NCBI GenBank assembly: GCA_040285855.1
Contig: JAUFOQ010000002.1
Location: 3,224,001-3,288,000 of the forward strand
DNA: 64,000 nt
Direction of reading: 5' to 3'
Source: Eukaryota sp. GEM-RC1
Lineage: Eukaryota
Within the stretch, counting starts at the first letter, position 1. The number at the start of each line of letters is the position of its first letter. Below the pieces are notes generated by a model. The model did no database searches and was not told where the DNA came from. It was given only the letters and a program-made list of their open reading frames with translations. Position numbers and translations under genes: made by a program. Of the stretch, positions 25,855-38,649 are shown piece by piece.

Positions 25855-26119
25855 TGACGTTCCATTTCAATGAAGTACAAGAAAATCTTCTGTCATCTAG
25901 AAGTTCCCAATTTCACAGAAAAATATGATAATTTATTGTTTTACTTATCGGCTTCCATAAATGGAAGCTTTTTTATTGCACACAAGCGCTTTAGACATGG
26001 CGTAGAACCTCGCCTCTACATCTGAAACAGATGGACGAATGAAGCCGATCATTGGTTATTTCTTTGACAGCTTTTCCTGACAAATACTCTTGTGAAAGGA
26101 GCTGGCAACGACGTTATGA

Positions 26120-26191
26120 TCTTCTGTAGTGTAATGGTTAGCACGCTTGACTTTGAATCAAGCAATCCCAGTTCGATTCTGGGCAGAAGAA
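26120..26191 (+). tRNA. tRNA-Gln(TTG)
   Basis: Acceptor TCTTCTG/CAGAAGA, anticodon arm CTTGA-CTTTGAA-TCAAG, T arm CCCAG-TTCGATT-CTGGG, followed by a T5 terminator. Confidence 0.93.
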
Positions 26192-26665
26192 TTTTTGTTT
26201 GGTGGCATTGTTGTTTGAAAAATATTGGACATATTCAGTTACACACCCTGTATCATTCAATCATCACTGCTTTGCTACTGAAGTTTTTCCTTTTGATTTT
26301 TCTGCAGAATTTAAAGTAACAAACACGTTTCTCCGTGAAAGCTATCGTTTGGCCGAAGCACATCGAATACACTTTATGCACTTTTGCTATTTCAATTTAT
26401 CTATGATTGAGCTACAACGTGTGAAAAACACACCACTCTTTGTACATTATAAAAGATAGTATACATATTGTACAGCAAATTTGAGCAAACGTTGGATATA
26501 AACCCACCTTACTATAATTCGGATTTCTGATTACTGAGAACAAAAACTTTAGTCACAATGCGTGGGAGAAAGGCACAATACTGTAGTCACAGATAACAAG
26601 GAATCAATACAAAAAAAATAAAAAAATAAATGTCTGTTAGTTATTAACTTCTGCAAATGCATTTA

Positions 26666-26757
26666 CAGTCTACCCTCCCAATATGACCAGGTGTCGGACC
26701 AGACTTATTGGGAGGGTGGACTTATTCGGAGGGTGGTCATATTGGGAGGGTAGATTG
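26666..26757. mobile_element. 92-bp Tc1/mariner-pogo-type MITE with TA TSD
   Basis: 24-bp TIR CAGTCTACCCTCCCAATATGACCA (1 mismatch) flanked by TA. The empty site is visible in the homologous repeat at about 40005-40020. Confidence 0.9.
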
Positions 26758-26830
26758 TATTTCACTAACTGATCATAAACCCCGTTTTTTAGGTATCAAC
26801 AAATTAATTTGTTGACCAGACCAATAGCTC

Positions 26831-27930
26831 ATGGGCATCTTCTGCAGTCGCCAGCGGAGGTATTCGACGACTCAGACACCTACCCCTGATGTTGTTGACG
26901 ACAAAGAAGATCTCCTTGCTAATTCTCTCTTCACCAAACTAAATCATGAACAACGTCTTATTCTGCCTTCTGATCCCACTGGAAACCAGCTCTGTATCGA
27001 AGACTGTACGTCTTGTGATATTATAGTTTGCCGTCAGTTTGAACAGGCCACTGTCGATGAAGCCAATGAATGTGTTTTGTTTATTGGGCCGACGTCTGGG
27101 CCAGTGTTTATTCGCAACTGTAGCAATTCATTTGTCATCACTGCCTGTCAGCAACTTCGTTTGAGAGACTGTTCCAATGTCAAGGTCTCACTACTCTGTA
27201 AGACTCGACCTATTATTGAAAGTTCCACTAACACTGTGTTCTATTCATACCACGGTGTGGAGTATCAACAACTTCCTCAACAACTCAAAACTGCCGAAAT
27301 CTCTCCCTACATCAACTGTTGGTCAAATATCCACGATTTCTCCCCTTGCGCTGGAACCAAGAACTTCACTCTCAAAAGTGGTCATCATTCCTTTCCTTTA
27401 GATTCATCTCTTCTTTCAAAACTTTCCCCTTCTGATTACTCTCCAGTTGTGCCGATCATCCGAGGACTACGACCGCCGCCCGCCAAAACGTCTGCTGTTG
27501 TGGTAATGTTTCTGTGTAAACAAAATCAAGCTAAAAACACCTTTGATGTGAAGGGGAGTAAGAAACTTGATTTAGTTGGTGCTAGAAACAAGCTCTTCAA
27601 TATTTTCTCTAAAGAACTCCTCTCTAGCCCAATTGATACAGAAGCTAATCAACGACCAATGTTGTTGAGAACTTTTGAAAAGTCTCTTGATGGAGTTTCT
27701 GGAATTCAAGCTCCATCACATATCTCTCCTTTGTTCTCACATGGACCTGTACTGGCTGCGGAGTTCGGTGGACCAAAGGAATAGCACGCAAGGCTGTAGA
27801 AGTCTTTGCTCAGTTGGAAAGTGAGAATCCTAAGAAGATGATGTCATCACTGCCTATTTGGGTTCTACCTGGGGGTCAGAATACTATTGATTTGATGAGA
27901 ATTCTGTGGGATGACAATATTAGTAGTTAA
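26831..27930 (+). CDS. RP2: XRP2/RP2-like TBCC-domain protein (ARL3 GAP family)
   Basis: MGIFCS acylation motif, IGPTSGPVFIRNC, ACQQLRLRDC, PIIESS, WSNIHDFSP and an NDK-like tail. A-run break at about 27776. Confidence 0.88.
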
Positions 27931-27994
27931 ATCTTTCTTTTTTAGTTTTTTGATACGTTTAATTGCCCAAATTGGGCATATTTATTGAACTTTT

Positions 27995-28522
27995 TCAACT
28001 TTGTATTGAACTGAAGTCTGGTGATGGAATAATTTCCACGAACAACCTTCCACTCCAAAATAATGAAATAAAACACGCTGTGAACACGGCTATCAACAAC
28101 GTGATGTGCATATGTTTTTGTTTATATGAGTAGAAGCTGATGCCCACTGTTGCCATTGTCAATAAGATGGACAAAATATTCCATGTTTCAATGGAAGAAC
28201 GGGATCGTTTTTCAAGGAATCTTCCCCCAAAGAAAAACGAAACACCAATAGCAGTGAACAAAACGGTGGGAAGAAACATGAGAAGACGATTGGAATCGTA
28301 TTTGTTACTCTTTATAAGAAAAATGATGTGTATGATGTGAAAGATGTTGTACAAGACCACAAACATCCCTGCTGGTTAGCATTTGTATGAAAGTATACCA
28401 GCAAAGAGAAACATGCTTGTGCGCATGTGAAAGACAACTTCGTCCATGTGTTGCATTTTAGCCTTCAGGGAAGTAAATGACGTCGAAGGTTCGCAGAACG
28501 GTATAGGATGCAATTCTGTCAT
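27995..28522 (-). CDS. Small multi-pass membrane protein; one intron
   Basis: ATG 28522 joins hydrophobic ORF 27995..28366 after removing GTATA..GCTAACCAG (28372-28398), which contains an in-frame stop. Confidence 0.65.
28372..28398 (-). other. 27-nt intron (30 nt if the second CAG is used)
   Basis: GTATAC...GCTAACCAG(CAG), with a canonical CTAAC branch point. Confidence 0.75.
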
Positions 28523-28624
28523 GTTTAATCTAATGTTGCAAATAAAGTGGTTAGCACTCGTATATCAAAAAAATAGTTATAAACATTTATAAACGAGATT
28601 GGTCAGAAAAATAAGGACAAACAG

Positions 28625-29021
28625 CTATAGCCGAGCAACACTTTTGCTACTTACCTCGGGATTCTCACGCGACAGACGTTCTTGTTGCTCAGCTTTGAAG
28701 TCAAATGTACAATTGTGATCTATTCTGTGCTGACTGCAGACCATCAGTCCACACTTACACTTAATGCCTAGCAGCCCAAGTTTCCGCCTACACTGGAAAC
28801 ATCTGGATTTGTCTTTCTGTTCTGGGGCAGGAGACTGGGCTATGGATTCCGGCGGACTATGTAAGGAGACCTCAGAAGTAACTGACGGTTCTTGTTGGGG
28901 ATGTTTACTGATGTAGCTTTTGTAGCAGACAGAGCACCTACCTAGTGTTTCTTCAGAGCCAAAGAACTGCTGGCAATCTTGACAAAGTTGAGTTGAGGGG
29001 GGAAGGGGTTGTGTGAGACAT
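28625..29021 (-). CDS. A20/AN1 zinc-finger protein
   Basis: LCQDCQQFFGS..RCSVCYK (A20) and RCFQCRRKLGLLGIKCKCG..CSQHR.HNCTFDFK (AN1). The likely ATG at 29021 needs a one-base correction in a C-run. Confidence 0.9.
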
Positions 29022-29261
29022 TTGAACAAAAAATTAAATGCGAACTTAGGTTGAAATCTCTTTGACACAGCAAATGCTGGCATTCTGTGTGACAATCATT
29101 CTCTCTTACACTTTATTAATCATTACAGTCTATGACACGTTGTTGTGTATTACTATGGATTATACGGTGATTTCTGTATAAACAGAATGTGCAAATATTT
29201 TAAATTAAAAAGTTTAAGATCTAGACTTACACTAATAGTGCAGCACTATCACCTTTACCTG

Positions 29262-30744
29262 ATGACTGATAATTTCTTTGACATTCTCTCAGAAGAAGAA
29301 CTTGTAGATGCTAATGCTGGTACTACTAATGACTTTCTTGAATTGTGTTCTTCCAGCACCCTAAAAAAAGAAACAACTAGAACACGACAGATCCAACATA
29401 AGAAACCTAAGAAAGAAAGACGGGGCCAAATAGCTCATACTGACCCCTGTTCTACATCCAGTTCCTCACATCAAGCTTCTTCACACCCCCTAATGCCCAA
29501 TCTAGACTGTCTTGCTGGCTGCAAAACCAGCAGAGTTTCTTCTTTTTCTTCTCTTTCTAAACGAGTATGTTGTCAAGGTTTGGAAACTTCTTGGACAGAC
29601 CAAGGATACCAAATTCTCTTAAGTCCTTCAGCTCAAGATGAATATGAGAGAGCAAGCGTTGCTCATGAGACTGCGATGGCTGCAAATGACTTACAGCTTT
29701 TAGTCAACGTTTGTCCAAGATTCTCATATTACCCTTTCATATTCCTCGACGCTGCAAAACTTCTCTTGAAATCTGATAAAGTCAAGATGGCACATGACTT
29801 CATTAGACATTCGCTTGCAACTGTTGAACCAATGTTCAAAACGTTCTTTTTTAAGAAAGAATTCACAAATAATCTCTACTTTGACCACAACGACCCTCTT
29901 GTCTCTGTCTTTCTTGAGGCTCTTCAACTGCACGTCAGATTGCTGTACGTAGGTGGAAAGTTTAAGGAAGTTATTGAATGTTCAAAGTACGGACTTTGTC
30001 TCGATCCAAGTGATTCTTCAGGGTTTTTACTGGTTCTACCATGTGCTTTTGTTAAGTCTACACAAAGTGTTTTCTTATCACAGTTTATTTCAAATTTCCA
30101 CAATATTTCAAATGTTTGCTATTTGCCTTCGAATCCACCTTCTCTGTTCTGGATTCCGACATATTCCTTCAGTTTACCTCTTGTTCTCAACAAGGAGAAC
30201 CCAACAGAAGCTGTCCAGTGTCTAGTCAATGCTTTAGCTCTTTGGCCAGAGTTTCTTCATCTTTTTCTATTTCGAAGTGATGTTTCACCTCAGTCTGATC
30301 TTTATTCTTCTTCTTTCAACCATTCAATGTTCAGTCGTAGTAAGTACAACGACCTTCACTCAGGATCTGATTTAAAGTTCTTTCTATTGGTTACGGTGGA
30401 AAATCTTTATATCCATTACTTGGATTGTATTGACCTTTTGAAAAAAGCTGTTGATGTGGTAGTCAAAAATATCGAGGATAATCAATCTTTTTGATTGAAC
30501 TCGCTGACCAAAGAAGAAGGTTTCTCCCACTGAGCTCTACTCATTTTGAGCTGAGTTCAGTAAAGGAATTTACTCTCGATTTTCTTGAAAAGAGGATAAA
30601 ATTCTTTTGAGAGCTCAACGATTGATTAATCAAGACGATGAAGCCGCTTTCAGATCCTCTTTGTCACAGCACCCTTTGCTGTTATTCTTCACTTCTTTAA
30701 TGCCGTGGTTTGGACGACGAAGAACTGCTGAAGACTATCGTTGA
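29262..30744 (+). CDS. TCF25: TCF25/Rqc1-like protein
   Basis: N-terminal NFFDIL, A.DFI.HSL, E.SK..L.LDP.D..G.LL and AL..WPE motifs, and a C-terminal LFFTSLMPW reached across two homopolymer breaks (about 30490 and 30590). Confidence 0.7.
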
Positions 30745-30906
30745 CTTAGATCGTCATCATTTTGATTGATAATTGATTCATTTTTGAATCGTTTAGCACT
30801 CGAACCCAAGTAATTGATATTTTTACCTTTAAGAACTGATGATCAATCTCGATCATTATCATCACGTCAACCTGGTTGATCACTAAATGAAGACCTTTCT
30901 AAAGAT

Positions 30907-31335
30907 TAAGGCTGTTAAAAGATATTAGGTCAGATCAAAGTCTTGATCCTATCTTGACCTGACCTTTGACCCGATGGATGAACTGTTGTGTTTTATAGTT
31001 GCTGTTAAGTTGTTTGCTATGTTGAACTCCAAAATAGTAAAATAATTGCTTTATAAATCTTTCAATTCAAAACCAAATTCTAACCATGCATTCAGACAGA
31101 CAAGAGCTTGAGCATCGTTAACTTGTAAACCGTGTCATTCTCACCACTGGAAGATTGTATAATCCACACTCTCCAGAACATTTAGCTAATGTAGAACATA
31201 TGATACATAATAACAGATCTATGCTGTCAATCCATCATGAGTTTGAACTAGAGCACAGCCATTGAACAGAGAAGACCGAATCTGAGGTATCTTTACCTGA
31301 CCCGATGATCCTATCTTAACTTTTTAACAGCCTTA
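30907..31335 (-). mobile_element. Non-autonomous hAT transposon derivative
   Basis: 14-bp TIR TAAGGCTGTTAAAA/TTTTAACAGCCTTA with 8-bp TSD CTAAAGAT (30899-30906, 31336-31343). The minus-strand remnant LQVNDAQALVCLNAWL resembles the end of the hAT dimerisation domain. Confidence 0.9.
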
Positions 31336-31839
31336 CTAAAGATCTTTTTATCTGAATGATTATTGTTGAAGCATTGAGAACAAAAGTAAGGTATATGGTA
31401 GCTTTTCTGATCAATCAAATTTGATTGGTAGACCTTCTTTAAAAAAAGAATCAAAAGTTTTTGATGTTATTTAATGAAGCCTCTTTCAAAATATTTAAAT
31501 TTGAAATATCCATAAAAACAGCTTATTGTGTCCAAGTGTCAGCAAATTCATTTGATTCAATTATGTCTTAATAAAACTTGTATACTAACTTTTCCAGTTG
31601 TAATACAATATTATTTTAATATTTGGTCCAAAATAGTCTATAAATGGTTCTTTGAACAGTTAAATGTTAAGTTAAAACTAACAACGAACACATTTATCTT
31701 CTAGTGATCTGATTCACTTTTTGTAGACATATGATGATTTTTGTGGATATCACCAAGATTAGTATTTTTTTGGATATATACTAGTATGTGACAGATCGTG
31801 TCCCAAACTGTTTTTTTTGACATTGTTCTCAGAAGGTAC

Positions 31840-32110
31840 TAGTATCCTTCCATGAATGAATTATGAATGTGGAAAATAGTAGAAATAATGAAACTAAATC
31901 CAAACGACTTCATCCCTATCCAGTAAAAGATAACGTTTTTTACATTAACCTTCACACCATACTTGTAAAGTATCTCAACTAATCGAGAGAAATGGAAAAT
32001 CATATTATAATTAATAGACAACACGATTTGATTTTTCCATTCAGCCATTCTAAACTTAGAAAGCTTGTTTTCTTTACAAAGTTCTTTTTTATTCGAATGC
32101 CTTAAGCACC
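31840..32110 (-). mobile_element. 3' fragment of an RLE retrotransposon family
   Basis: KFRMAEWKN..LYKYGVKVNV matches the copies at 52900-53260 and 60630-61115. Confidence 0.75.
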
Positions 32111-32511
32111 CTGATGCTGTTTTTTGACCCGTAGTTGTTGTGACTCGTAGTTTGATGCAAATACGGGTCACGAGTTGGTTCAAACGATCTTGTTTGGTTT
32201 CTTATTTGAATTTTCTGCGGCTTTATTGGACCACTATGGATGTGAACAGAAACTAATAATCACCATCATTACATCAATTTTCAGTTCCATTAAATCTCCG
32301 AAAACAAGACTGTTTTAAAAGAACAAAGATTTCGAAAGCTCTATTATCCAGTGTGCATTATGAAGACAAGGCTTCACCAAGGATCGATTCGAAGGAATCT
32401 TGCTTTGAATAATAGTATTTGAAGACACCAACTTACCACGTACAATATTGCTTTGATGATATTGAGTTTTAGATTACTTATTTCATTATATTTGCCATAG
32501 AAACCGTTATA

Positions 32512-32569
32512 CAGTCTACCCTCGATATAGTGCCGCCCTATTGGCAGACCTTATATCGAGGGTAGACTG
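32512..32569. mobile_element. 58-bp MITE with TA TSD, related to 26666-26757
   Basis: Perfect 18-bp TIR CAGTCTACCCTCGATATA, flanked by TA on both sides. Confidence 0.88.
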
Positions 32570-32831
32570 TATACAAAAGGTTTAAAAGAAACACATATAA
32601 TCATACTAACAATTATGATGAAAACATTGTTTCCAGACGGTGGTTCATCAACACGACAACATCAGTACCAATATCGTTTGCTTTGCAGTCTTTGGAACGT
32701 TTGATTTCATTGCCATGCGCCAGGCGTCCGAAAGCCATGACCCATACGCCATGATTCTTTCACGACTTTCTGAGTGAAACCTGCGAACCTACGTCTGGAA
32801 TTCCCTTCACAGCTTCTAGTAGAAAACTCCC

Positions 32832-33359
32832 ATGAATTGCTTTGTGTTGTTAGTTTTGCTTATTGGCGTTAGTCTTGCTGGTCGAGAATGTGAACTTTGT
32901 CACACAGTGGTGTCGACTACAGTTCCTTTTCATGTACGTAACGCATTGTTCGCTGAATTCTTCATGAAGACCGCTTGTGATCGAATTGATGGTCTCAGTT
33001 CTGAAGAGAGAACACATTGTAAGAAGTTTGTTGACAAACACAAAGACAACTTAATGGACTGGATTCAAAACTCTAAAGTCGAGGAAAAACTATGTACGGA
33101 AGCTGTCAAAAAGTGTGGTACTGATAGCGATGAGAACCAGGAGGGTAAGAAGATCATGGACCACTTGAAAGACTTAATACCAGTGTTCTTACAGTCAGAT
33201 CGTGGTCAAAAGATGACCAAGGACTTTTGTAAGCATCACCACTCAGATCTTGATTTATCTAAAGAAGAATGTCTTACATTCATGATTACAGTGCAGGAGC
33301 GAGCAATGAAAATAGAAGACATGGACGAAGTTCTTTGTTCTATTCTTCACATTTGTTAG
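32832..33359 (+). CDS. Secreted saposin-like protein
   Basis: Signal peptide and a six-Cys saposin B pattern (ECELC..AC..HC..LC..KC), followed by a partial second domain. Confidence 0.8.
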   Translation: MNCFVLLVLLIGVSLAGRECELCHTVVSTTVPFHVRNALFAEFFMKTACDRIDGLSSEERTHCKKFVDKHKDNLMDWIQNSKVEEKLCTEAVKKCGTDSDENQEGKKIMDHLKDLIPVFLQSDRGQKMTKDFCKHHHSDLDLSKEECLTFMITVQERAMKIEDMDEVLCSILHIC

Positions 33360-33431
33360 TTGGAATAAATGATTCTCAAGAATTTTGCAAACGGGTCAAC
33401 AATAAAATAATTTATAAACAACGCATTTAAT

Positions 33432-36400
33432 CTACAAATCTTTAAACAAAGCCAAAGCCAAAGCTGCGTGGGTTCGAACTTCAGAACAAGAATCTTTCAA
33501 CATTGACAAAATCTCCATTGGTGCATGATCAACAGAAACTTTCTTTCTAGAAGATTCAGAAAGATTAGAAACAATTGAAGCAGCAACCAGAGCTGAATTT
33601 GCTCGTACAAACTCAATATCAGCCTTTGTTGACTGCAAACAAGACATAATGTAAGAATTGAGATTCGCAAAGAAATGTTCACGTAAAATAGAAGAAATAT
33701 CCCTCAAAAAGCTCATATACTCGGTAAAAGTTTCAATAATTTCATACTTTTCAATTAAATCAGACAATTCAGAAACCTTCAAAAACTTAGCTAGTGCGGC
33801 AAAAGACTTCATGCAATGACTTCTAACGTCAACAGCCTCGTCCATTGCAAACACCAAGAACCAAGGCAAAAGAAGTGTGCCTGTTCAGTTAGCCCATCAA
33901 GACTAGCTTCCGTTTGTACACGTGATAAGGCCACAATCAGATCAAAACATGCCTTTCTTAAAAGAGGCACAGGTCTGGAAAGTAACGGTCTTAAATGCAG
34001 AGACACTGTCACTACCATCGAGTCGACCTTATCATGATCAGCGAGATTAACAACGTTTGTTAGAGCATTCAAGGCTTCAACGGAAACCTTGTCACATTGG
34101 TCAGCCATGGAAGGGAAGTAGACAGTTAAGAACTGTTCCTGAGTACTTGTTGATTTGCCTCTTGCCACTTATGGCGACATTTCCTAATCCACGAATGGCA
34201 AGTAACCGAACATCGCTATCTTCATCAGTAGTTCTGGATAGAATAGAATTAATCAAAGTCATCATGAATTTAGAAGGTTTTGAAAAATGTCGAATAAATT
34301 CACCAGAAACAGCAGTAGCAACCAATCGTTGACCGGGATAAGAAGCCGAGAAGAACTTTGAGAGATATCGATGTACTTGAATCATCATCTCAGGTTTAGT
34401 TTTAACCAAACTAAAGGAAACGTTCGTGATTCCATGGCAAAGTGACTGCGATGATCCTAAATGAGAGAAAGTGCCAGTGTTTGACACGTGGCTGTTAAAC
34501 GTGGCGTTGCATTTGATTGACAGAAACAAGGAAAGTGACTTCAAAGCGTAGCTATGAGCATCAAAAGCAACAAGTTCTTTGCAACATCCAATACGTAACA
34601 AAATACTACAACAAATGGCAGTCCAAAGTGATACCTTGTCCTCGTCATCAGATTCAGCTTCCAAATCAGCTTTGATTACTTGCTCAAAGAATTTAGATGA
34701 CAGACACTCATTTAGAATCAACGACAAGCCACACGTGATACCTGCCGGTTGAATTGCCTTACCTCTAGGAGCATCATACTGTTGTCCACTGTTCAAAGAG
34801 TCAATAACACGTAGCAACACCGCTGGCCCACAAGACTTCCCAATAATTCCTCTAATCAAAGCAGCGGTAGGTTTCCCAATCACTTGCTGTTCAACTTTAG
34901 TATCAAATGAAGAAAGTAGAAAGTCAAGAGCAACAGACTGATGTTGTTCACAAAGAAGGAGGAGAGGTTCGAGAAGAGCTCCTGGAACAGATCCATCACC
35001 GACAGCAGTGTGCTCAGAACATCCTGATTGACCCAATAAGGAAAGTAATGACGTCAGAATTCCAACGACTTCTTTAGAAATCTTATCTCCTTTAGCTGCG
35101 ATCAACGATGATAGGAAAGAAGCACAATAACTAGCCGTAGCAGGTTGACACGTCACCAGGAATCGTCCTAGTACCAATACCATGTCCAAAACTTGCTGTG
35201 AAGATAAAAGCCCTGCGGTATGACTTCCCAGACAGTTACTTCCAGCAGTATTAACTTCGTCAGACAACAACATCTTGGTCTGGGTAAGTTTCCTCAATGA
35301 ATCGGGTGGCGTGAGCTTTTCTTTGGTCATTTTTGAGCTTGAGAAGATATGATGCGCATACAAACAAAGTTCAATACACTCAAGTGCCTGAACACGTACA
35401 GTCTTGAGAGAATGGAAACCAGAAGGGATCAAAGGTCCGAGAAGATTACCAATAGGGAAGTCCACGTCATCAACTTGCTTATTCTGGTCTGATTCTACCT
35501 CCTGTGAAATGATCTCAATAAAACGATGAAGAGCTGACTTTAGACAGAGCAAAGCCGTGGCTGTGGTGTCAGGGGTGCCTTCTAACCATTGGAAAACGTT
35601 CTCAGCAATAGAAATGAGGTTGTCCAAGGAAGGGTTTGAATCAAGAAGAGATGAAATACATCTCTCCAATTTATCCTGAAGTTCTTTCCTTTCCTTAGCA
35701 CTGCCATTCTGAACAGCAGTCAGTCTAAGGATTGAAGAGAGACATGTAGATGAAAGAGCAGATGAAAGAGCGGGAGCAAGTAGAATTAAGCTTGAAAAGG
35801 CGGCAAGGGCTTTGAATCTGATTGTAAAGACATATTGATCAGGAATCTCTGCAGGATTGGTTAAATCAACAACCAGATTAAGCAACTCATCACGAGGCTT
35901 GAACAAAAACCTGGTCACAGTGCCAGAGCTCGACTCAGCTAATTTTGAAGGATTAATAGCCTTTGCGAGTAAGTTAGTACAGGTCAACGCTGCTTCTCTA
36001 ATAGGAGGGGATACCCTGGGCTTGGAGAGGTAAGGTTTAATGTGGGGAAGGACATAGGTTTCGAGTCTGGGGGCTAAGAGATTAACTGGAGCGTGTTTAC
36101 AGACGAATCCAAAACAAATCAACAGAGAAGCTATTAAGTCATCTTCTTTTTCGGGAAGGTGTCTTCTTTTTCCTTGAAAAGAATCCACCAGAACTCTGTG
36201 GTTGAGCCACGTTCTGTCCCTGCACCCCGTTAGTCATTGCAGAACCTAAAGCGTCTAGAACAGGATCCAAATGATGTTCAGAAACAAGGCCTAGAGCTAC
36301 AGCAAGGCCAGAACGTTGACGTTCATCAGAGAAGTTGGTGATGGACAAAAGCCAGTCAACTGTTTTGAAGACAAAATCCTTTCCTTTAGACAATGAAGCC

Positions 36401-38371
36401 AGCGCACCAACAAAACGAAGGATACTCTTCTTGAGTTCAGAATCTGTGAGACAGCCAATGATTGCTTGGAATTTAGAAGCGACATCTTCATGGAATTGGT
36501 CTGAAGTTGAGGCAAGAAGTTTGACGAAGAAAATTAGTAAATGATTTTCAAAGTTTGAAAAGTTTTTAAAATCTAATTCACGTAAATGTTGTACATGTTC
36601 AGCCACAACTTCGCTAGATTTCTCCTCCAAATCGTAAACTTCACGAATACAATCAAACCAACCTAGGACACAATCCACATGTTTAGAATTCTTACAGTTA
36701 TTTAAGAATACAAACATCATTGCCACCATCCAATCTAGCTTAGGTAAATCTCTAAACTCTTTAGTAGACACGGGGCCCTTCATATCCTCGGGAAGAGACA
36801 TATAGAGGGTGGTAAGACACTTACAAATGATAGGTGCAGCTGAGAAGTTAGTAAGGGGTTTGAGCTGCTCAATCATTTGAGGCCATAGAAGGGTGTGGAT
36901 TTCTTCAATTGTAGTGACGATTAGATTTAATACATCTTCAGATACTCGAACAAGGTTTTTAGCAGCGGGAGTAGATGGATCTGTGGCAGCACAGGAAACA
37001 ACAAAATCAATCAATTCTTGAGCTCCATTGATTGAAATAAATCCACTTCTGGCAAGTGTAGCCGTCATCTCAACAAGAGCCTTCTTAACTGGAACTGATT
37101 GAGTGTTGGTAGATCCTCTACACATAGCCACTAGAGTATCACGTTTTTCGTCAAAAGTATCAGAATGAGTGGACAACAAATGTTTAACAATGAGAAAAGC
37201 AGTGCAAAGGTTAATAGAAGTTCCTGGGGTGGTAATAGAGTTTAAAAAGTAATCCAACACTGTTTCTCTTGTTAAACTTGACAAAAACAAAGAGTCAACG
37301 CATCTAACGCATTCACTCCAAACTCTCAAAACTTCCGCGCAAGGCAAGTCATCGTCATTGATTGCTGACTGGACAAGACTTCCGACTGAGTGGATTGATT
37401 TGATCACGTCATCGAGTGTAGCAGCTTCCATTTCAAGTTTATGATGAGCAATTGAGCCCAAAAGCGAGGAAAGTGACTTTAACACTGGTAGCTTTCCTTC
37501 AAAAGTCTTTTTCTTTCTTAAGCAAAGGCATGAGAGTCATCATAATCTTTGGAATTCGAGGTCTCAAGAACTCACAGGGAATAACAACAGTAAGAGCTCC
37601 AATTGTTTCAATAACGTGTAGCTTTACCTGAGTCTCTTTACTTGCTACCCACCCAACTAATGTATCGAATACGGGAGCTAACTCACTCGAATATCCTCTG
37701 ACACTACTAGTATCATGTTGGTCTGCAGCTACGTGTTGAATTGCCTCGCAAAAGTTGGTCACGGCATCAGCAGTTGCCCATTTTAAATTGGGATTCTTGA
37801 TTAGACCGACACTGTTGACAACACGTGTTGAGATCTCAGTGAGGTTAGGCACGAGATACGTTGGATTGAATTGAGCAAACTCCGCGACACAACGAAGGAG
37901 GAAGTAATGGGGGAGGGTACCAGGAGCCCAGCAAGAGATGATAGAAGCATGAGCAGATGAAGGATAGTATTTGCAGACAGCGGCGATGACGGCAGAAGCT
38001 GCAGCTTGCCATTCAGGTACAATATCCTTGGTAGCAGTGACTTCTGAAACAGCTACACGAGCAACGTCGTTTGCAAGAGAGCGCTCAAGAGTTGAAGTGT
38101 TTTCAACAACTGCAGCAACTAACTGGAGGAGAGAAATTCGTTGAGTGACTGAGAGAGCTTGAGAAGTGAGGAAGTTGAGGGCAGAAGATGTAGTTAGGAC
38201 GGGATGTTGATGACCTATATCGATTAAAGCTCGTCGGATGGCATCAAGTTCGTTAATCTTTTCTTTGGGGATGTCTTTCACAGAGACAATGAGTTGACCA
38301 ACAACATTGTCAATGAATCTGCCAGTTTTCCCTTGTACAGGGACTGGTTCAGCTGCAGTTTTGGACACCAT
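33432..38371 (-). CDS. MROH1: Maestro HEAT-like repeat protein
   Basis: WQAAAS, PGTLPHYF, GLAVALGLVS.HLD, CFGFVCKHAP.LL..R and VRLLAIRGLGN motifs. Five ORF pieces join at single-base homopolymer breaks (about 37502, 36153, 34113, 33870). Confidence 0.88.
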
Positions 38372-38649
38372 AAGATGTGTTCAGCGAAATGTAAATTTAC
38401 AACATGACTCATGACTAATTTGTTGTGAAACTAATTGTTTTCACACTTGTGTTAGTCTCATGAAATAAATACACTGTATATGGATAATAGCCTTATTGTG
38501 TCTTCATTTTTGAATGACTTTGTTTTATTTTAAAAATTTGCTACTCCGTAAATATGACACATCTTTTGAGATCTAGCTCCTTCAATCGCTCTGAATTTTT
38601 GTAGATTTTTTAGCTGATGATTAATGGTTTTGTTTCATTGTTAGAAGTT

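Noticed and set aside
19924..38371. Programmed ribosomal frameshifting (Euplotes-like TTT-TAA at 25347 and TTT-TGA at 37499)
   Set aside because: The many frame breaks in the window fall mostly in A, C, G or T homopolymers, go in both directions and usually lack an adjacent stop. This fits long-read assembly indels better. Short-read polishing would settle it.
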